NCBI GenBank assembly: GCA_033442325.1
Contig: JAWQFM010000013.1
Span: forward strand, 506,929-570,928
From: Salpingoeca rosetta
Lineage: Eukaryota; Protista; Choanoflagellata
DNA: 64,000 nt
Reading direction: 5' to 3'
Below the pieces are notes generated by a model. That model was given only the letters and a program-made list of their open reading frames with translations. It did no database searches and had not been told where the DNA came from. Below are positions 57,820 to 64,000 of the stretch, piece after piece. The first letter of the stretch is position 1; the number at the start of each line of letters is the position of its first letter. The position numbers and the translations under genes were made by a program.

Positions 57820-59461
57820 GACAACCTTGTGGGCAGGGTGGTTGGCCATCTGTCGTGGGTCTCCGAACTTTGCTGCCTCTCCTTCCTTGACGGTCTCCTT
57901 CCTTGACTGTCTCCTTCCTTCCATCACACTGTCCTCCATCCCCTCCCCACTTCCTTTCAATCTTTGACAGAGGAATATGTTGCAGTGAGCCCAGACACAG
58001 ACAGATTACCGAGGAAGCGTGTTGTTCACAGAAGGCCCTTGCCGCCAGCCATGTGCGACAAGACACAGAGCAGCGACGATGATGATGATGATGCCGAGAG
58101 TAATGCGAGCGATAATGAGAACGGCGGCCTGCACAACATGGACGATGACGACGATGAGCCAAAGCGCACACGTGTCAAGCACCGCCACTTCAACTGCCAT
58201 GGACGCCAGTCCAGCATCCATCAGACATCGTTTGTCCCTCGCTCCGACGCAGAACCAGCGGAGCGGTTTATCCTTAGCGAAGTCAAGCGCAAGAAGCGCT
58301 TGCAAGTCAAGGTGTGTTTGTGCGTGCGTGTGTGTGTGCGTGCGTGTGTGCGTGTGTGTGCGCGTGTGTGCGTGTGCGTGCGTGCGTGTGTGTGTGTGCG
58401 TGTATGTATGTATATATGCGTGTGTGCGTGTGTGCGTGTGTGCGTGTGTTTGTATGTTTATGCACGTGCGCGTATGTTTGTGAACCCGTCACCTTGGCTC
58501 TTGGCTTGCTTCATTACTCACTTACATGTGTTGTCGTCCACTGTGCCATCAGGAGGAGCTCTCATCGTTGCCAACATCGAGCGATGCGCCAGCACCGTCC
58601 CCACGTGTCAAATTCACCGTCAAGCAGGTGAGGCAGACATGCAAACAACAGGCAGTGAGGAAATGGGTGGGAGTGCAGCTTCCCACATGCACGGTTCTCC
58701 TCCGTTGACTGTCGCATCTCCGCCTCCCTTCCGTGTTGTCCTTGTTCTCCTGCCTCGCTGTATTCATGCCCCAATGCCTGTCACACAACACAACACCAGG
58801 TCAAATCCATTGTGGAGAAAGCTGTGCGTGCGCGGGAGACAGAGCTCAGAGAAGAGTTTGCTGACATTCTTGCACGAAAGCTTGAAGGTTGGTCGCTTGC
58901 TGCTGTGTTCGCCGGCTGTTGTGTCTTTGTGTGTGTGTGTGTATGTGTGTGTGCTCTTGTGTGCACGCGCTCTTGTGTGCGTGTGCGTGTGTGTGTGTGT
59001 GTGCGTGTGCGTGTGCGTATGTGTGTGTATGTCAGCCACAGCCACAACCACAACCACAACCACAACCACAACCACAACCACAATCACGACCACAATCACG
59101 ATCACCAGCAGCAGCACTACGAACCGTAGCGTCTCTCATCCATGTTGCCTTGTGCCTGGTCCATTGTGTGCAGAGCAATACCACCAGTTTACAAAGTACA
59201 CACAGGACTTTGTCCATCAACGGCTACAGCAATCCCAATTCAACTGTAAGTCACCCTGCTCTTACACGTGTGCTTACATGTGCGTGCACGTGCGTATGGT
59301 TCTCTGCCTTATTTAATCGAGTGGACCGCCTTTCCAGCGTGCACGTGCGTATGGTTCTCTGCCTTATTTAATCGAGTGGACCGCCTTTCCAAACTCACGC
59401 GCGACCCGCCTGCCCTGCTCTTTCCGCTCTCATATGTGCGTCGCATGCAGACATGTCGTGA
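57589..59461 (+). CDS. AKIRIN: Akirin
   Basis: N-terminal MSCASVKR (cf. MACATLKR) and a basic NLS-like KKCR. C-terminal [52 protein letters not shown]. Final 11 coding nt lie at 59451-59461. Confidence 0.9.
59282..59391. repeat. Perfect 55-bp tandem duplication in the last akirin intron
   Basis: GCGTGCACGTGCGTATGGTTCTCTGCCTTATTTAATCGAGTGGACCGCCTTTCCA occurs twice back to back. Confidence 0.92.
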
Positions 59462-59900
59462 CGCGGCACTAGTGCACCCCCACTTTTGTGCATGTTTCAC
59501 TGCTATTGGTGTTGACGACAAACTCGTTGGCGTTGTTGTTGTCGTCGTTGTTATTGTCGGTGTGTGAGAGCTTTCTTAGGATCCCTAACTCTATGCCGTA
59601 CCAAGCAAGCGGTTGTGTGGTGTGGTGTGGTGTGGTGTGGTGTGATGTGCTGCACGATTGACACCCACAACCACCGCCGCCGTTGTGCCTCTGGTGCGTC
59701 TCTCCAGTAAACAGTCTTCTAATGAATGGTGTGCAAACCAACAAGACACGCATACCGAAACATGAAAGAGTCGCTCACATAACACACGATGAAGCAGCCA
59801 AGGAAACAAGCAATCGAGCGTGATCCGACATGACATGGCAGCACGACCAAAGCACACTGTTATCATCATCACGTTGCACACCCATATCCGTATCATCACA

Positions 59901-62185
59901 TCATTGCTCTGCTGGCTCAACAAAGGATGCAGGGAACATGCCCTCGCGCCCGCTGCTGTTGCGGCCACGCAGCCAGTCGGCGTTCACCTGTTTGTTCGCG
60001 TGTGTATGAGTGAGTGAGTGCGTGAGTGAGTGAGTGAGTGAGTGAGTGAGTGAGTGAGTGAGTGAAGGAAAGAAACGAGCAAAACGCAACAAAATGATCG
60101 CCTCCACCACCACTATCACCACCATTCCCATCGCACCTCCTCAATGATGGTGATGGTTTCGTTGGCGATGAGCGGCAGATCGTCATCGGCCTCGCCCTCC
60201 CAATCAAACGCAGCACGCACATCTGCCATCGAGTCATGAGCGAGGCGTGGCGGAGTGAGGATGGAAGGGCGCAGGAAGCGATGGAGCAAGCAGAGACACA
60301 GACACAGACACACATAGACACACGGACACACGGAAACACATAAACACGCACGCACACACACACACAGACACATACACAGACACAGACACAGACACAGACA
60401 CACACAAACACACACACACACCTCGGATGGCATCGTGTGCGGGTTGAGGTGGCGCGTCCGTGTGCACGCTGCCGTCATCTGCGGCCGTGTTCTCATGATC
60501 ATCGCCGCCATAATCGCCACGACCATGTTCGTGATCGCCACGACCATTGCCGGCATGCGCGTGTGTCTCTGCATCGGCAGTGACAATTGCATCAGGCGGA
60601 AGCGGGACGACAACTTCAACAAAGGAGGAGGGGAACATGCCCTCGGGACCGCCACCAACGCGGCCAATCATCCACTCCTCGCTCACGAACCGAACAAGAT
60701 CCACCTGCACGATCAAGGCACGCGGTGATGACGGGGATGGTCGTGGTTGTGGTGGTGGTGGTGGTGGTGATGGTCGTGGTTGTGGTGGTGGCAGTGGGGG
60801 TTTGAAACAGGTGACACGGTATCAGCACCACGTTCACGCAGTGCGGGGGTTCACGCTAACACGACTGCAGGTCAACCACAACGCGGCACACACCAACCCA
60901 CATGCACACACATGCACACACATGCGCACACACACACACATGCGTCATACCTGCTGGCCCTCCTTGAAAGACAGATCGCCCTCTTCTTGTCCGTCGTAGT
61001 CAAAAAGCGCAATGGCGTGTGCATGCGCGTTTGATGCTGCGGGTGCGGTCGGTGTCTCGTGCTCATGCACATCGTGATGACTGTCACCACCACCATCACC
61101 ACGTGGCTGATAGTCCTGCGTTGCTGCCGGCATCACATCGTGTGCCGCGTCACCGTGCACACCGCCCTCGTCAGTCTGTTCACCCGCGGCCACAGCCATT
61201 GCGTCGTGCTCTTCTTCTTCCTCCTCCTCCTCCTCCTCTTCTTGCTGCTGTTGTTGTTGTTGCGCTTCCTCATCTGCTGTCCTGATGGCTGCCTCCCACT
61301 CCGCCGGCCATCCTTCGGGCTCCATGCTCCTGCACGGCTCCACAACCTGTGTGTGAGTGAGTGAGTGAGTGTGTGTGTGTGAGTGAGTGAGTGAGTGAGT
61401 GAGTGAGTGAGTGAGTGAGTGAGTGAGTGAGTGAGTGTGTGTGAGCGAGTGAGTGTGTGAGCGAGTGAGTGTGTGAGTGAGTGAGTGAGTGAGTGTGTGT
61501 GTGTGTGTGTGTGAGTGAGTGAGTGTGTGAGTGAAAGTATGATGGTAGGGTTTGCTTGAAACCCCATGTTCAGAGGTGATGATGATGGAACCAGACCCTC
61601 CAACAAGCACACCCACATACCTCCACGAACGACGAAGGAAAGGCGCCCTCCTTGCCGTGTCGCCTTCCACGCATCCTGTGCACGCAGGCAGAGCGTCGAT
61701 TGGAAACAGCACGGACATTTAGACAGCAGCAGCGAGCAAGCACAGATGGCAGATGACAGAAACGGGCGCACACAGGCAGACACACGCACACACAGACACG
61801 CACACGCTCACACAAACGCACACACGCACACAGAAACACAGACAGACACACACACACACACACACACACACTCTTACTCACTCACTCACACACACACACA
61901 CACACAGACACACATGCACACGCACATAGAAACACAGACACAGACGAGCATAACCGACCAATCTGAGTTGATGACGCCGAGGAGTTCGATTTCGTCGCCG
62001 ATGCCAAACGTCAACTCGTGTGGCAGCTCGCCTGGACGCGTAGTGGTGGTGGTGGTGGTGGTGTGGATATGAGGAGGATGAGGAGGAGGAGGAAGGGGAA
62101 GTGGGGAATGGGACTACTGTTTGAGCGCTGGTGCGACAAAGGCAAACAAAGCAAGCCCAACAACGACAAGACAACACAGTGCGCT

Positions 62186-62269
<84 letters not shown>

Positions 62270-62466
62270 CGCACTGACCTTCAAAGTCGTATGTAGCGGT
62301 GACGCGTGGGCCTGTGAGAGGAATGTCCTCAACGACGTCCACAAACACCACGGGGAGGACACCTGCCATGGAGTGGGGTCACGCGAGGGTTAGACAGCGG
62401 GCCAACACATGAACTGCGCAGCGTACGCACAGGCAGGCGCGCGCATACAGACAACCAGCCAGCCAG

Positions 62467-62510
<44 letters not shown>

Positions 62511-64000
62511 CACATGCACCTGTTTTTCCGCAGTTGTCTGCACGGATCCAGTCGGCATCAACCCATTCGAGCAATTGCAGAATGTCGCCATGTGATACGG
62601 AGAGGTCGCCCTCTTTCTCGCCCTCCCAGTCAAACAGCACAGTCACCTGCAGTGGACGCACGCACATGTACGTGTACGCACGTGTGCACGTGTTTGTGCG
62701 AGGTTGCACACGTGCGCATGTATGTTCAGGTGGCGTGGACAACGGCAGAGACAGTAAGCTGTCAGTCAAACCTTGATACCACAGACGAGCCAGCAAAGTG
62801 TGCAGCTGACATGCAAGCAAATGGACAGACAGACAGACAGACACACAGACAGACAGACAGACAGACAGACACACACACTCAGACACACACACACACACAC
62901 TCACACACACAGACACAGGACGCACCCTGGGTCCTGTGACCATGTAGTGGTAGAGCGGGTGCCCCTGTGTTGGGCGGGGTGGCAGGGGCGGCACTTTGCT
63001 CTCGGGCGCCGTTGGTCGCGTCGGCTTCGATGGCCGAGCTGGTTTCCCCGTGCTCCCCGCAGGCGGTGGTGGTGGTCGCTTCGGGTGCATGCCGGGCTTT
63101 GGCGGGCGTGGCAGGTGTGGCGTTTCGTCGTCTGCAGCGTGCGCCTTCTTCTCTGGCTGTTTGTTCTTGTCACCTTCGCTGTCGTGGTGGTCGTGAACGT
63201 GGTGGTGTGCGGGCGCGGGGCGCGGTGGCTTTGGACGAACGGGGATAAGCGGTGATTCACCCTCACCACCCTGAGAACTCTTGCCGCCGTCAGTGCCGCC
63301 CTCGGCAGCGTTGCTAGCGTCATGCCGGCCGTGTTGGCTCTGTGTGCGTGTGCGTATGGACGGCGCCCGTGGCCGCTCGGGCCGTGCCGGTGCTGCGCTC
63401 TCCTTATGGTCCGTAGCGGTGGCTGGGTGTTCTTCGGCAGCGCCGGCGTGCTCGTGCTCATGGGCATGCGGCAGCTCATCCTGCGATGGGTGTGGGGGCA
63501 CCTTGGGCTGACCTGTCGTGGGTGGCGGCGGTCGTGTTCCCGGACGAGACGGGCGGCGCGGTGCTGGCGGTGTCGATACAGATGCGGGTGCCTTTGCAGC
63601 TTCGCCGTCAGCAGTCACGTCATCGGCGGCATCATCATCACCGACACTATGGTGGCGAGGTGGGTGCGGTGGAACGACCGGAGGGCACGAAGCTGCGTCT
63701 GCAGTCTTGGCTTGCTCCTCCGTTGAAGATGCAGCCTTGTCAGTTGCAGTCACATCCTGTTGACTTGGACGAGAGCGTGGCTTCGGTCGTGGTTTCGGTA
63801 TCGATCCTGTCGCTGCACTTGCTGCAGTTGTTGTTGCTGTTGTTGAGGAGGGTGGAGTCGGCTTCTTGCCTTCGTCTGCGGACTTTCCATCTGTGGCAGG
63901 TGTTGGGGGTTGGTCGTCCCTCTTTGTTGCCGGTGGTGTGCCAGTTGCAGGTGCTGGCGGAACCGTTGGCTTTGGCTTTGGCGTTGGCTTTGGCATGAGC
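59901..64000 (-). CDS. SH3D19: Proline-rich multi-SH3 adaptor, SH3D19 (Eve-1)-like; 5' end probably outside window
   Basis: The Pro-rich region ends [13 protein letters not shown] (cf. SH3D19 PPRPKPGHPLY). Four SH3 domains follow: [60 protein letters not shown]. Confidence 0.75.

Overview
Intron-dense, GC-rich eukaryotic DNA whose introns are full of (TG)n/(CA)n microsatellites. Gene content (FYVE-SH2-tyrosine kinase, akirin, SH3D19-like, ependymin-related protein) and intron style point to a choanoflagellate, most likely Salpingoeca rosetta; this is inference. Manual splicing gives 15 protein-coding genes. In order: divergent DH-PH RhoGEF-like (5' partial), a large polyQ ELM2-SANT/AT-hook/chromodomain protein, BAP31-like, LRRC34, TMEM222, divergent RPA32-like, a multi-TM protein with a filamin repeat, an Amt ammonium transporter, FYVE-SH2 tyrosine kinase, GAS2-type CH/coiled-coil protein, TSEN34, a two-domain ependymin-related secreted protein, an FAD oxidoreductase, akirin and an SH3D19-like protein (5' partial). 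Most ORFs in the supplied track are microsatellite artefacts. The most notable unexplained structure is an ~80 bp intronic inverted repeat bracketing a 147-nt, frame-preserving two-exon cassette that encodes exactly 7 heptads of coiled coil (candidate exon-looping/circRNA switch). Also notable are high-complexity, hairpin-forming islands inside or next to (TG)n tracts, and several unusual domain architectures. Exon boundaries were called by eye.
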